A stretch of DNA of 64,000 nucleotides. It comes from the human T2T-CHM13v2.0 reference genome, Homo sapiens. The stretch's first letter is position 1; each line of letters begins with the position of its first letter. Of the stretch, positions 37,290-56,224 are shown piece by piece. The translations under genes were made by a program, and so were the position numbers. The notes below the pieces were generated by a model, which was not told the DNA's origin, made no database searches, and saw nothing but the letters and a program-made list of their open reading frames with translations. Where the stretch lies: assembly GCF_009914755.1 (NCBI RefSeq), contig NC_060947.1, one strand, 5' to 3'.

Positions 37290-38180
37290 TAGCTAAAACC
37301 ATCAACACAGTCAACGGAGTGAACACATCCATCACAACCATTTTTTCTTTGTAATCCCTCAATCCAGTTCATTCTGGTCTCTCATACCCCAAGCAGTTAT
37401 GGATGTGCTTTCTATAACTTTCTATAACTATTAATTTTTATTTTATAGGCTTTTATACAATGGAATCATCTAATATGTATTAATACTTTTTTGCCTGGCC
37501 CCTTTCGCTCAGCAAAACAGTTTCTAGATTTATCCCCATTATTGCATCTATCAATAGTTCATTCCTTTTCATTGCTGAGTAGTATTTCATTGAAGGACAT
37601 ACCAGTTTGTTTATCCACTCACTTGTTGATGGACATTTGGCTGTTTCCAGTTTTTAACTATTATAAATAAAGCTGCTATCAGCTTTTACATGCAAGTTTT
37701 TGTATGGATAAATAATTCCTTTTCTCTTGAGTACATACATAGGATTGAAATGGCTGGATCACATGATAGGGGCAAGTTTAACATTTTAGAAAACTGCCAA
37801 ACTATTTTCCAAACCGTCTGTACTATCTTATATTTCCACCATGAAGTTCCAGTTCCTCAACATCTTCGTCAGCATTTGGTATGGTTAATCTTTTCCATTT
37901 TGGCTATTCTAAGAATTATGTATTGGTATCTCCTTGGGGTTTTCGTTTGCATTTCCCTAATGACTCATAAGTCATCTTTTTTGGGTGCTTATTTTCATGC
38001 ATATATCCCTTTTTGGTGAAATGTCTGTTCATATCCTTTGCTAATTTTTGAATTGTTTTTCTTTGTACATTGAGTTTAGAGAGTTCTTTCTATGTTTTAG
38101 CTACTAGCCCATTATTGTATACATGGTCTGAAAATTTTTCTCCCAGTCTCTAGCTTTTTTCATCTATTCAACAGGATCTC

Positions 38181-38887
38181 TTTTTTTTAAAGTATAATTT
38201 TCACTTTATTTTCTTCAGAGGATAGCTTTTTTTTCAGTCCTTAAGGACTCAGCTCCATATGTAGGCTTTGGTGGAGGTTGGTGGGCAGCACCCACAGGTC
38301 TAAATCAGGGTTGGGGTGTTTGGTCCTTACCGGCTTCACGAGATTGATTCTGGACTACCTTGCTGTGAATGGTGCAACTCATGCAGTAATGTAGCTTCAC
38401 AAACAGCTTGGGAAGCACATAGACATCAAAGACACTGGCTTCAGCTATGTCCCTGATAGCTGTGGCCTCTACTATGTTTTGTTGTTTTCTTTGTTTTTAG
38501 CTTTTGAGACAGGATCTTGCTCTGTGACCCAGGCTGGAGTGAAGTGGCATGATCACAGCTCACTGCAGCCTTAAACTCCTGGGCTCAAAGGATCCTTCTG
38601 CTTCAGCCTCCTGAGTAGCTGGGACTACAGGTGCATGCTACCACACCAGGCTAAATTTTTTATTTTTGTATAGATGGTGCTCCTTTATATTGCCCAGGCT
38701 GGTTGGTCCCAAACTCCTAGGCTCGAGCAATCCTCCCGCCTCAGCCTCTCAAAGCACTGGGATTACAGGCAGGAGCCACCACACTTGGCTTTCTACCATA
38801 TTTTGAATGATAAACTTCTTAACATCCTTGTCTTTAGTCACATATCAAGTGCAGTTCATGCAGGGAATAGGCTGCACATGACCTGGC
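38181..38887 (-). pseudogene. RPS26 (pseudogene): RPS26 processed pseudogene, 5'-truncated and split by an AluJ
   Basis: Minus strand reads [30 protein letters not shown] [Alu] [71 protein letters not shown], followed by the 3'UTR, AATAAA and an A-run. There are no introns. Confidence 0.92.
38481..38790 (-). mobile_element. AluJ inside the RPS26 pseudogene
   Basis: Diverged TSD tctactatgtttt (38468-38480) and tctaccatatttt (38792-38804). Confidence 0.9.
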
Positions 38888-39262
38888 CTAGATCCTGAAG
38901 ATTTTCTCCTATGTATTTTTATTGCACATTTTACATCTAATTTTATAATCTATTTAATTTTTGTATAAAATGTGAAGTTAAGGTCAAGGGTTTTTTTTTT
39001 TCTATGGATGTCCAATTTCTCCAGCACCATTAGTTGAAAACACCATCTTTTTCCATTGAATTACTTTTGTGCTTTCTCAAAAATCAGTTGAGCATATTTG
39101 TGTGGGATTATTTTTTGGTTTTCCATTCTGTTCCATTGATCTATGGATCTATGTCTCTAATGATACCACACAGTCTAGATTACTGTAGCTATATAAAAAG
39201 TGTTGAAATTGAATAGGGTAATTCTTTCTGTTCTATTCTCTCTCAGGTTGTTTTGGCTATTT

Positions 39263-39952
39263 TCTTTTTATAATTTTTATTTTAGGTTTAGGGGTACAGG
39301 TGAAGGTTTGTTACATAGGTAAACACATGTCACAGGGGTTTGTTGTACATATTATTGCATCACCCAGATATTAAGCCTAGTACCCAATAGTTATCTTTTC
39401 TGCTCCTCTCCCTTCTCTCATCCTCCACCCTCAAGTAGACACCAGTGTCTGTTGTTTCCTTCTTTGTGTTCATAAGTTCTTATCATTTAACTCCCACTTA
39501 TAAGTGAAAACATGCATTATTTGGCTTTCTGATCCTGTGTTAGTTTTCTCAGGACGATAGCTTCCAGCTCCATCAATGTTCCCGCAAAAGACATGATCTT
39601 TTCTTTTTTATGGCTGCATAATATTCTATGGTGTATATGTACCACATTTTCTTTATTCAGTCTGTCATTGATGGGCATTTAGGTTGAGTCCATGTCTTTC
39701 CTATTGTGAATAGTGCTGCAATGAACATTTGCATGTATGTGTCTTTATGATAGAATGATTTTTATTCCTCTGGGTATATATCCAGTAATGGGATTGCTGG
39801 GCCAAATGGTATTCTGCTTTTAGTTCTTTCAGAAATAGCCATACTGCTTTCCACAGTGGTTGAACTAATTTACACTCCCACCAACAGTATATAAGTGTTC
39901 CTTTTTCTCTACAACCTTGCCAGCATCTATTATTTTTTGACTTTTTAATAAT
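39263..39952 (-). mobile_element. 5'-truncated L1PA15/16-like fragment
   Basis: Reverse-complement L1 3' end. TSD ttggctattttc. Confidence 0.8.
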
Positions 39953-40899
39953 GTATCTTGGCTATTTTCATTCCATTGTTTTATATATAAATTTTAGAAC
40001 AATCTTGTCTCTCTATATTTTTCTGATGCTTTTGTTTATAACCAATTTGTATCTTTATGTTTAAAGTACATTTCTTTTAAGCAGTACATAAACTTGGGTC
40101 TTGCTCTTTTATCCAGTTTGACAATCTCTGCCTTTTCACTGGGGTCTTGAGGTCATTTTCACTTAATGTGATTTTTTTTTCATATGCTTAGATGTAAATC
40201 TATCATCTTGCTATTTGTCTTCTATTTGTGCCATCTTTTTTGATCCGTCTTTCCTTTTTCTGCCTTATTTTAGATTATTTGAATATTTTTATGATTTGAT
40301 TTTATCTCATTTTTAAAAAAAACTCTTTGTTTTGCTATTTTAATGGTTGTTTTAGGGTACATAGTATACATGTTTAACTTATCATAGTCTATCTTCAAGT
40401 GATGTTATACCACCTCACTTATGGTATACTTCCATTTCTCTCTTCTTGGCCTATATGTTCTTGTCATGCATCTTACTTTTACAGGTTATAAACTGCAGAA
40501 TACAATGTTATTATTTTTGTTTAAGCAATAAACTATCTTTTAAAGAGATTGTAATAATATGAAAAAAATCTTATCAATTACTCATATAATTACCATTTCT
40601 GGTATTCTTTATTCATTTGTATAGATTCATATTTCCATCTGGTGTAAGTTTCCTTCTGCTCAGAGGACTTCCTTGTAATGTAGATCTTTGAGTGATTAGT
40701 TATTTCAGCTTTTAAATGTCTGGAAGACTATTTTGCTTTCATTTTTTAAAAACATATTTTTATTATGGTAAAAAACACATAGCATAAAATTGACTACTCT
40801 GCAACCAATCTCCAGAACTTTTTCATCTAGTAAAACTGAAACTCTATACTCATTAAACAACTCCACATTTTCCCCTCCTCCTAGCCCCTGGAAACCACC

Positions 40900-41291
40900 T
40901 TTCTTTCTTTTCTTTTTCTTTTCTTTTCCTCTCTCTCTCTCTCTTCTTTCTCTTCTCGTTTCTCTTCTCTTCTCTTCCCCTCTTCCTTTCTGTTTCTTTT
41001 CTTTTCTTTTTCTCAGAGTCTCGCTCTGTTGTCCAGGCTGGAGTGCAGTGGCACAAACTTGGCTCATTGCAACATCTGCCTCCTGGGTTCAAGTGATTCT
41101 CCTGCCTCAGCCTCCTGAGTAGCTGGAACTACATGCGTGCACCACCACACTTGGCTAATTTTTGTATTTTTAGTAGAGACGGGGTTTCACCATGTTGGCC
41201 AGGCTGGTCTCGAACTCCTGACCTTAAGTGATCCACCCGCCTTGGCCTCCCAAAGTGCTAGGATTGCAGGTGTGAGCCACCGCATCCGGCC
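40900..41291 (-). mobile_element. AluS with an expanded ~115-bp CT-rich tail, inside an L1MB-like fragment (about 40755-41700)
   Basis: Reverse Alu at 41015-41291 preceded by a polypyrimidine tract. Confidence 0.88.
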
Positions 41292-42940
41292 CATTCTACT
41301 TTCATTCTCCACGGATTTGACTACTCTAGGTACCTCATGTAAGTGGAACCACACAGTATTGTTTTTTGTGACAGGCTTATGTCACTTAGCATAATGTCCT
41401 CAAGGCTCATCCATGTTATAGCATGTATCAGAAGTCCTTGCTTTTTAAGGCTAAGTAATATTCCATTGTTTGAGTATACCCCATTTTATTTATCCACTCA
41501 TTTGTTGATGGAACTTGGGTTGCTTCCACCTTTTGGCTGCTATAAACATGGGTGTGCAAATATCTTGCTTTTAATTCTTTTGGATATACAAGCAAAAGTG
41601 AAAATGCTGCATCATATGTTAATAACATTTTTAATTGTTTGAAGAGCTGCCATACTGTTTTCCATAGTGGCTACACTATTTTACATTTGTACCAACTACT
41701 TTCATTTTAAACAATACTTGTGCTGGATACAGAAATTTTGGCTGACAGGTTTTAATTTTCTTTCATTATTTTAAAGATGCTGCTCCACTGAGTTCTTGCT
41801 TGCATTACTTCCAACAAGAAATCTGACGTTCTCTTTAATTTATTCCTCTGTATATAAGGTGTCACTTTTATCTGGCTGCTTTTAGGACATTCTCTTTATC
41901 ACTGGTTTTGAGAATTTTGATTACGTGCGTTGGTGTCGTTTTGTGTTTCTTGTGTTTGGGGTTTGTTAAGATTTTTCTATCTATCTGTGCATTTAGAGTT
42001 TTCATTAAGTTTTGAAAGTTTTATTTCTTCAAATATTTATTATCTCCATCCTCATTTGGGAATCCCAGTTACCCGTATATTAAGCTACCTAAAATTGTCC
42101 CTAACCTCACTGAACTCTTTTAATTTTTTTAAGGGTTTTTTCCCTGTGTATTTCATTTTCAATAGCTTCTTTGCTATAACTTCAAATTCATCAGTCTTTT
42201 CTTCTACAATGTCTAATATGATGTTAATACTGTCCAATGTGCTTCTCATCCTAAACAGAGTTTTCATCTTTATAAGTTTGATTTGGGTCTTTACATATCT
42301 TCCATGCCTCCACTTAACTTTTTGAATGCATGAAATACAATTATAAGAGATGTCCTCTGTTAATGCTAACTTCTATGTCAGTTCTGGGTCAGTATCGATT
42401 GATTGCTTATTCTCCTCATTATAGGTTGCATTTTCATGCCTCTTCACATGCTCAGTAATTTTTTTGCTGGATGCCAGACATTGTAAACTTTATCCTGTTG
42501 GGTGCTGTACAGTTTTATATTCCTATAAATATTCTTGAACTCTGCTCTGGGAAGCAATTAAGTTCCTTGGGATCAATTTGATCCTTTCACACCATAGGTT
42601 TATAATTTTTAAGGTAGTTCTGGAGCAGGACTTAGTGTAGGACTAATTATTCCCCTCTTCTGAGACAAGACCCTTCTGAGTTTTCTTCCCAATGCCCCAT
42701 GAATTAGAGGTTTTCCAGACTGGGTGATAAGAACAGGCCTTATTCTCAACCCCATGTGAGTGCTAGGCACTGTTCCCGCTAATATTTTTAGATGGTTATT
42801 CTCCTAGCTTCAGGTAATTTTGCTTCATGTATGTCCTGATCAGAACTCTGTTAAACATTGGAAGAGGACCCTCATCTCACTGAAGCTCTTTTAAGTCTTT
42901 TATTCAGTGTGTTTAATTTTGAATAGCTTCTTTGCTCTGA

Positions 42941-43474
<534 letters not shown>

Positions 43475-44164
43475 AATGCTCGCTTTATTTCTTATCTCCC
43501 AGGGACCATTCTCCTTCATTGCCTGATGTTCAGGGTCATAAAAGCCTTTTTTTTTCTTTTCGTCTATTTTGTCTTGTCCTTTGTGGAGAGGGGCTTGTTG
43601 TTCAAGAAGGGACATAAAACAGTCCCTGTTACTACATATTAATTGCAAGTGGAAGCAAACACAACTTTTTTTTTAATGGTACGTCCCATCTGATTTATAT
43701 ACACAGGGACACAAATGTATAATACACAAAGATTAGAAGGAAATATACCAAAATTATAAATGATTGTTCTTTGCTTTAAAAAAACTTATCTTTAGGTTTA
43801 CAGGAAACCTGAGTTGTCTTGTAAAGGTTTTTTTTTTCCATTTTTTATTACACCATTAAGTTTTTAAAGGGAATAAAACTCTTTCTCAGCCCTCATGTTA
43901 AAAAAATTACATTCTTATATCTTAATATCAGCGATGACATTTCCCTACACTGTAAGCTCTCAATGGAGAGGAATCATGTCTTATTATTTTTAATAAACTC
44001 TTGCACAATGCTCATTAACACTCTATATTGTGAATATTTAATAAATATATGGTATCTAAACAGACAGAGATTATTGAAGTATTTGATGCTCTTTTATTTT
44101 TATAGTGAATGCACTATTTTTTGTTGCAGTGGAGAAATAAAGAATGAAAAAGAGATTATTCTCA

Positions 44165-45955
<1,791 letters not shown>

Positions 45956-48029
45956 AAGAATCTCGGTCTATTACATTAAGTAAAGAGAGCTAACTATACT
46001 CAGAACCTATAATCTTTAAGTAATGGCTACACACAAAAAAATTCAGACAGGTTTTCATCATCAATTTTAGGTTTACTACCATAATTGATAATATAATGCA
46101 ATCAGAGTTTGCTAGAATCACAGTAATTCTCCCATCAATCTGTGATAGTTTTCCAGCCTACTCTCTTTTTAACTGATTTTCCACATTCCAAATTAGATCA
46201 TCATCTGGTGCCTTAATAAGGTTATTGTGAATGAGCAGACAGCAATGCCAGAAATCATTAATAAGAAGTGCTTATACTATTATGTGCTAAATAGATCAGA
46301 TCAAGTTCACAAGAAAGGCCAATTATGCCTTAAAGCCTTTGTAAAATACTTTAAGACCATGCTTACACATAAACTTTATTACTTTAAATCTTAACTTGCG
46401 TTGATTGTTTCTGGTCTAGACATTTACAGAGTTCAAATACATTAGCACATTAAGGTAAAGTCTAAACTATAATAGAATTCTGCACCTCCTCTTCTGCCCT
46501 TTGGCATAAACTATCAATTTCCACAAAAGTCTTGACTAGAACATTAGGAATCTCTGACCCTCTAGCCCAGTCAGCAAATGTAGTTTGTTCCATGACTTAC
46601 TTAAAAATACTCACATGAGAGTAAACAGCTACTAAATGTATCTACTTGAAATATTATAATACTTTGAGAGTGTAAGTGTAACTTAGATGTCATAATAGAA
46701 CAGTCTAAGTGGAATTTTAGGAAAATGAGTAATTCTGTGTAATCAAGTTTTCTGGTCAACTGGCAGTTTACTTTCTTTAAATAAAAATCACTTCTGAATT
46801 TAAAAAGTCTGAATATTTTCATGAAAGTTCTTAAATTTTCTAAAAAGTAAACAAACTTCCTAGTTTTCTTAAGCATAATTCAACTTTTTCTTGACCACTT
46901 GAGGTCAACATTAACAACTATTTTATATTATTGTACTATTAATATATCACAGTGATGCCTTTGGGAGTTGTTATACAGTACAGATTGTTGTATTAAAAAT
47001 TTGAATCTGTTTTATAAAATTGGTAGAGTTTTTTTTCCTCCCTATGGTCAGGCTATCTGTATACTTCCCTTTAAACCTTTTCTCTATTTGCAAAGTGCTA
47101 CCATTAAAATGTTAAGAGTAGGAAAACCGGATAACCAAGTTTATCAAAACTGGGTCTAAAAATAATTGGTAAATGCCTGGAGGGAGGGTGTTATCAGTAA
47201 AATATGGCTCTTAGAGATCATCTACTCAGATGACTTCCTTTAAAAAATTAATGACTTTGTTTTTATAGAAACATGAATTGTGCTTATAAAAATTCAAACA
47301 ATATGGTAGAGTATTTAGAAGAAAGCAACACGTCACCTAAAATGCCACCATTCAGAATAAACCCCAGAGTTAACATTTAGTGACTATCACTCCAATTATA
47401 TCTCTACATGCACTTAGTTGGAAGGACGAAGTGGTGAAGAGAATTTTCTAAGAAAGGGATCTTACTATCTGTGTTCTTCAGGGTACAGAAGTTCTGCAGG
47501 GAGGCAGAGGATTAGGGGAATGCTGAGCAGATTTGGCTCTACATCTCTGCTTTAACCAGAAAAACTCTAATCTATTTCATTCAGGGTGGGGTTCATATAA
47601 GATTGCATCACAAAAGGATGCTGCTGCTGAAAAGAAGTTAGAAACCAGGAGTTTAGTTCACAATCATCATTTTATAGTTGAAAAAAAAATCAAGGTCCTT
47701 TGACTTGTTCAAAGGTACACAGCTAAATTGAGATCAAACTAGAGATATTAAATTAGGCTTGTAACCTCACAATATTCCACCACATGTGAGCTTTAAGCTC
47801 AGAAGTTTGTCTGTTTTCAATGATGGTTTCTTATTTTTGCTTAGTTTCTCATTCCACTTGCCCAATTTGTGGGATGTGGACAGGTGAGGTGTTACTGTTA
47901 AAAGACCATTAGGGAGGAAGAAAAAAAGGAAGTGGAAGAAATCCATTGACTTGAGGATTTTGCTATTACTCTGACATCTAAGAATTATACACAAATTAAT
48001 ACGTTTCTAAAACACTTGCGAAAATCCTA

Positions 48030-48206
<177 letters not shown>

Positions 48207-48614
48207 TTAAGCAATGCGAACAGAAAAACTGGTTATTGATCAATGGGACTAAAATGTATTTCAGTGTGAGCAAAATAAGCCAGATAAAAGCATATCTGAA
48301 CTCAGGTAATGTTATTAAATGTCTAAATAAGCTTAATTTGTCAATATTACATGATTTAATTTAATTTCAGTTTATTAAGCCATAAACATTTTCTATTAAC
48401 ACCTATAGTCAGATAATCATTTCTCTCCTAATATCTAATTTATGTTTTTCCCAGAACTGATTGCAAGCTTTAAAAATTGGTTACCGAGATCCAGTGAAGT
48501 TACATGAAAAGACATGAGAAATTTACTAGTTCCTCGGCCAAAACCTCTTTCTAAAAACTTGTTTATGTTTGATTACACAAATAATACACTAGTATCTTCT
48601 ATTTAAAAATGTAA

Positions 48615-51034
<2,420 letters not shown>

Positions 51035-52072
51035 AACTAATTTACATTCCCATCAACAGTGTAAGTGTTCCTATTTCTCCATAGCCTCGCCAGCATCTGT
51101 TGTTTTTTGACTTTTTAATAATTGCCATTCTGACTGGTGTGAGATGGTATCTAATTGTGGTTTTGATTTGCATTTCTCTAATGATCAGTAATGCTGAGCT
51201 TTTTTCCATATGTTTGTTGGCCACATAAATGTCTTCTTTTCAGAAGTGTCTGTTCATATTCATTGCCCACTTTTTGACAAGGTTTTTTTTTTCTTGTAAA
51301 TTTAAATTCTTTGTAAATTCTGGATATTAGACCTTTGTCAGATGGGTAGATTGCAAAAATTTTTTCTCATTCTGTAGGTTGCCTGCTCACTCTGATGATA
51401 GTTTCTTTTGCTGTGCAGAAGCTCTTCAGTTTAATTATACCCCATTTGTCAATTTCAGCTTTTGTTCAACCATTGTGGAAGACAGTGTGGTGATTCTTCA
51501 AGGATCTAAAATCAGAAATACCATTTGACCCAGCAATCCCATTACTGGGTATATACCCAAGGAATATAAATCATTCTATTATAAAGATATATGCACACGT
51601 ATGTTTATTGCAGCACTATTCACAACAGCAAAGACATGGAACCAACCCAAATGCCCATCAATGATAGACTGGATAAAGAAAATGTGGTACATATACACCA
51701 TGGAATACTACGCAGCCATAAAAATGAATGAGATCATGTCTTTTGCAGGGACATGGATTAAGCTGCAAGCCATCATCTCAGCAAACTAACACAGGAACAG
51801 AAAACCAAACACCACATGTTCTCACTCATAAGTGGGAGTTGAACAATGAGAACATATGGAGACAGGGAAAGGAACAACACACTCTGGAGCCTGTCGGGAG
51901 GTGAGGGTGAGGGGAAGGAGAGCATCAAGACAAATAGCTAATGCATGTGGGGCTTAAAACCTAGGTGACAGGTTGATAGGTGCAGCAAACCACCATGGCA
52001 CACATATACCTATGTAACAAACCTGCACGTTCTGCACATGTATCCAGAACTTAAAGTAAAAAAAAAAAAAAA
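51035..52072 (+). mobile_element. 5'-inverted (twin-primed) L1PA8-like insertion: inverted part 51035-51466, forward part 51464-52072
   Basis: The reverse segment ends ...aaattagtt and the forward segment starts gttcaaccattgtgg, so the two are contiguous in L1 coordinates. Poly(A) tail present. Confidence 0.9.
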
Positions 52073-52237
52073 ATACAGAATGCCCCAGTAAAATTAGAAT
52101 TTCAGATAAACAAAAATTATTTTTTTAGTATTAGTGTGTCCAGTGCAATAGCTGGGATGTGCTTATTCTAAAATACTAGACATTGTTTATCTGAAATTTC
52201 AAATTAACCGAGTCTTGTATTTTATCTGGCAACTCTA
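52070..52237. mobile_element. MER53 palindromic MITE lacking its left terminus
   Basis: aaatacag...aatttcagataaac ... gtttatctgaaatt...tgtattttatctggcaactcta is a near-palindrome. Confidence 0.8.
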
Positions 52238-52950
52238 TTCATGAAACACCAGTTGCAAGAGATCTCGCCTTAATAAAAAGAGACCCATAGTTTTAAAAAA
52301 AGAAGTACCTTATTTATACATAGGTAGACATCCATTTGCAAGGGTTATGATTAGATCGGTTTACTTTGAATCAATAAGTATTTCTTTAACTCTCTGCTAC
52401 ACAAATTTCAAATATATACCAAAGTGGAGAAAATAATGTAATGAACCTACACATCATTATTATCAGGCTGTAACAACATCAAAGCCAATTTTATTTAACC
52501 CATCTTTCCACCTCATTCACACACAGAGACACACACACAGACACACACACACACTCATGCTTTTGAAGTAAATTCAAGACATCCTATTAATCCACTTCCA
52601 AGTATTTTAATTATCTATCTCTTAAAGATAGAAACTATTTTTTGTAAAAATCATAAACATAATACTATCATTACAGTTTAAAACTTAACAAGATATCCTC
52701 AATATTCTTAAGTATTTAATTACTGTTCACATTTATGTAACTGTCTCATACATTATTGATTTTAAGTGTTTGACTCAGGATCTGAATAAGATTCATACAT
52801 TTCAATTGATTAAAATATCTAAGTCTTTTTAATCTAAAAAAAAAAGCCAACAAATACCTTGATTTTGGACTTCTGGCCTCCAAAATTGTGAGAGAATAAA
52901 TTTCTGTTGTTTTAAGTCATCCCATCTGTGGTAATTTGTTACAATACTCA

Positions 52951-53292
<342 letters not shown>

Positions 53293-53619
53293 TTACCTCA
53301 TCTGAACAACAGAGAGAAAACAGACTGAAAAAAAAACTGCATGGAGCCTCAGCGACGTGTAAGACAACAAAAAATGTACATTATGTCATCAGAACCCTGG
53401 AAGAGGAGAAGAAAGGTAGGGCAGAACAAATAAATATTCAAAGAAATAATGTCTCAAATATTTGGGAAAAAACATAAACCTAGAGATTCAAAGAGCGGTG
53501 CAAACTCCAAACATGATAAATCCAAAGAAATTCCATCCTAAGACATGTCATAGTCAAATTCCATCCTAAGACAAAGAAAAAAATCTTGAATGCACAGAAA
53601 GAGAAATGATACCTTACCT

Positions 53620-55765
53620 ACAGGAGCCATTTCACTGCTAGGAATTTACCCACTTGATTTGAAAACTTAGATCTACTCAAAAATCTTCCCGTGAATGTTT
53701 ACAGCAACTTTATTGATAATCACCAAACACAGGAAGCAACCAAGATGTCCTCCAATAGGTAAATAGATAAACAAAGAGATGAGCTATCAGTCACAAAAAA
53801 GACATAGAGGAACCTGAAATTCATATTGCTAAGTGGAAGAAGCCAATCTAAAAAGACTACATACTGAATGATTCCAATTATGTGACATTGCAGAAATGGC
53901 ACAAAAGCAAAAAGAAGAGCCAGTAAGAAAAATAGAGAGTGAAAAGATGTGGTTGCCAGCATCTCAGGAAGATGAAGAGATGAGGCACAGAGGATTTTTA
54001 GGATGGTGAAAATACTACGTGTGATACTATAATAGCAGATACGTGTCATTATGCATGTCAAAATCCACAGGACTTTACCACACAACAAGTCAATCTCAAT
54101 GCATACAAATTATATATATAGTTATATATAACTAGGTATTATATATATTATATATAATTTGATATTTTATATATATATATATAATTTGGGAGGTTGGGGG
54201 AATCCTCAGATATAATAGAGACTGTGACAAGAGACTCTAACAAATGTGTGGAACAACTTCACTAAAGGAAATAGGAGGACTAGATACTGACCTAAGTAAC
54301 TCTGGAAATAAGTAGAGTCTGTAAGAATAAAGGCAAAAAGAACTGCACATAAGCACTGTACTCTAGTTGACAAAGTTGTTTCTCATGAGGGTACAGGTGA
54401 ACAATTCTGATACTGCTTTACATGTATACTAAAATTGAACAATTAAAAAATTAAGTAAATGAATGATGGATGGTAAGAGCCAGGTTTCCCACTGTTGGAT
54501 TGGGAACAGATAAGCAAGGGTAATCTGCAAGCAAGGCTAGAATGATCTAAGTGCTAATGAATTAGAATAGGAAACATCAGTAATAACTTACGTTTAACTT
54601 AATATAGATACAGATGTTTACATACCAAAATATTTATATATATATGTCTATATACTCAGATTAGTATACACACATATATTTTCTTTGCTCCGTCAACTAA
54701 TAAGGCCTAGAAGAAATGACACCCCAGTAGCAACAAGCACAACTAACATTCAGATCTTGGTTACTAATATACTTTGCCAGTGAGAGGAACTAGACCTCCT
54801 AGGAGAAATGGTTGATTCCAGGATTGGGGCAAGAAATGTGCAAGATGAACCTAGAACATTCTGTGTTGTCAGAAAGAAAGGAATTGCTTATAAAAAACAA
54901 AACCACCCACACTGATTGGGGTATGTCAAAAGGGTGCAGGAGTCAATTAAAAGAGCTCCCAATGGCCAAAGCTAAAACAATCTGAACAACAAAAATGTAG
55001 TATTGAATTATAACCTAAAGAATAAAATACATATTCCCAAGTCCGTATTGATATAAAAATGGTTGAACAAATTAACGAATTAGGGAGAAGAGACAAATTT
55101 CCCATGTAGAAGAATTCAAAATAATTTATCTAGATAAGTATGCCTTTAAGCAGGGGAGCATAACTCCACAACTGCAAAGAATATAGTATGTAAAAAGGAA
55201 AAATGGATAACTTCAAGGTGTAAACACTTGATGAATACTCAGCCAACTAATCAAGGCTAATATCAACATACATAAATCATATTGACAGTATATACCCTTG
55301 ATAACGATGTAATGAAAATGGTACTTTATCTGAGTGATCTTCCTCCCCAAACCCATAACCCCAGTCTAATCATGAGAAAAATATCAGAAAAAATCTAATA
55401 CATAGGTATCCTACAAAATACTTGATGGGTAGTCTCAAGACTGTCAAAATCATCAAAAAGAAAAATATATCTAAGAAACTACTATGGCCAAATGAAGTCC
55501 AAGGAGATATGACAACTAAATGTAATGTGATATCACAGGTAAGATTCTGGAATAGAAAAAGGATATTAGGTAACAACAAAGGAAATTGGAATTAACCATT
55601 GATTTTAGGTTAATAATAATGATGTATCAATATTGGTCCATTACTTATGACAAAGGTACTATATAAGATGGCAATACTAGGGGAAACTGTGTAGAGTGTA
55701 TATGGCAACTCTTTGTACTATCTTCCCAATTTTTCTGTAAAACTAAAAGTAAACTAAAATATAAA
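53620..55765 (+). mobile_element. L1MC/MD-like long 3' region with AT-rich low-complexity sequence at about 54110-54185
   Basis: L1M 3'UTR motifs, similar to 19100-19700. Confidence 0.6.
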
Positions 55766-55769
55766 GCAG

Positions 55770-56070
55770 AGGTTAGGTATAATGGTTCACGCCTGTAATT
55801 TCCGTGCCTTGGGAGGCCAAGACAGGAGGATCAGTTGAGGCCAGAAGTTCGGGACGAGCCTGGGCAACATAGTAAGACACCCTGTCTCTACAAAAAAATT
55901 AAAAAGAAAAAGAAAATTAGCTGAGTGTGGTGGTGTGTGCCTAGGGTCCTGGCTACTCAGGAGGCTGAGGCAGGAAGATCACTTGAGTCCAGGAGTCTGA
56001 GGTTACAGTGAGCTACAATTGCACTCCAGCCTGGGTGCTAAGAGTGAGGCCCTGTCTCTAATAAATAAAT
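55770..56070 (+). mobile_element. AluJ
   Basis: Diverged dimer. Confidence 0.87.
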
Positions 56071-56224
56071 ATTTTTAAAAAGGTTTTAAAAGTGTATATA
56101 GATCAGAAAATAAAAATTTAAGTGGCAAGCTTAAGCTGTAACACATCAATAATTACAAATAATGTAAATGGTCTAAATATGCCAATTAAAAGAAAGAAAT
56201 TGGCAGCATAGACTAAAAAAAAAT

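Larger units (their letters stand above)
37160..39262 (-). mobile_element. Old L1MC/MD-like element hosting the microsatellite, the RPS26 pseudogene and an Alu
   Basis: Reverse-complement L1M 3'UTR and ORF2 motifs. Confidence 0.7.

Noticed and set aside
40705-41122. Lys/Arg/Glu-rich and Phe/Leu/Ser-rich ORFs
   Set aside because: Translations of an expanded Alu tail. The same applies at 53133-53477 and to the other Alu-derived ORFs.
46590-47994. Minus-strand ORFs (91 and 75 aa) and gtgagt/gtaagt motifs near 46600 as extra TEX11 exons
   Set aside because: The flanking real exons already join in frame. The peptides are unrecognisable and there is no convincing acceptor.
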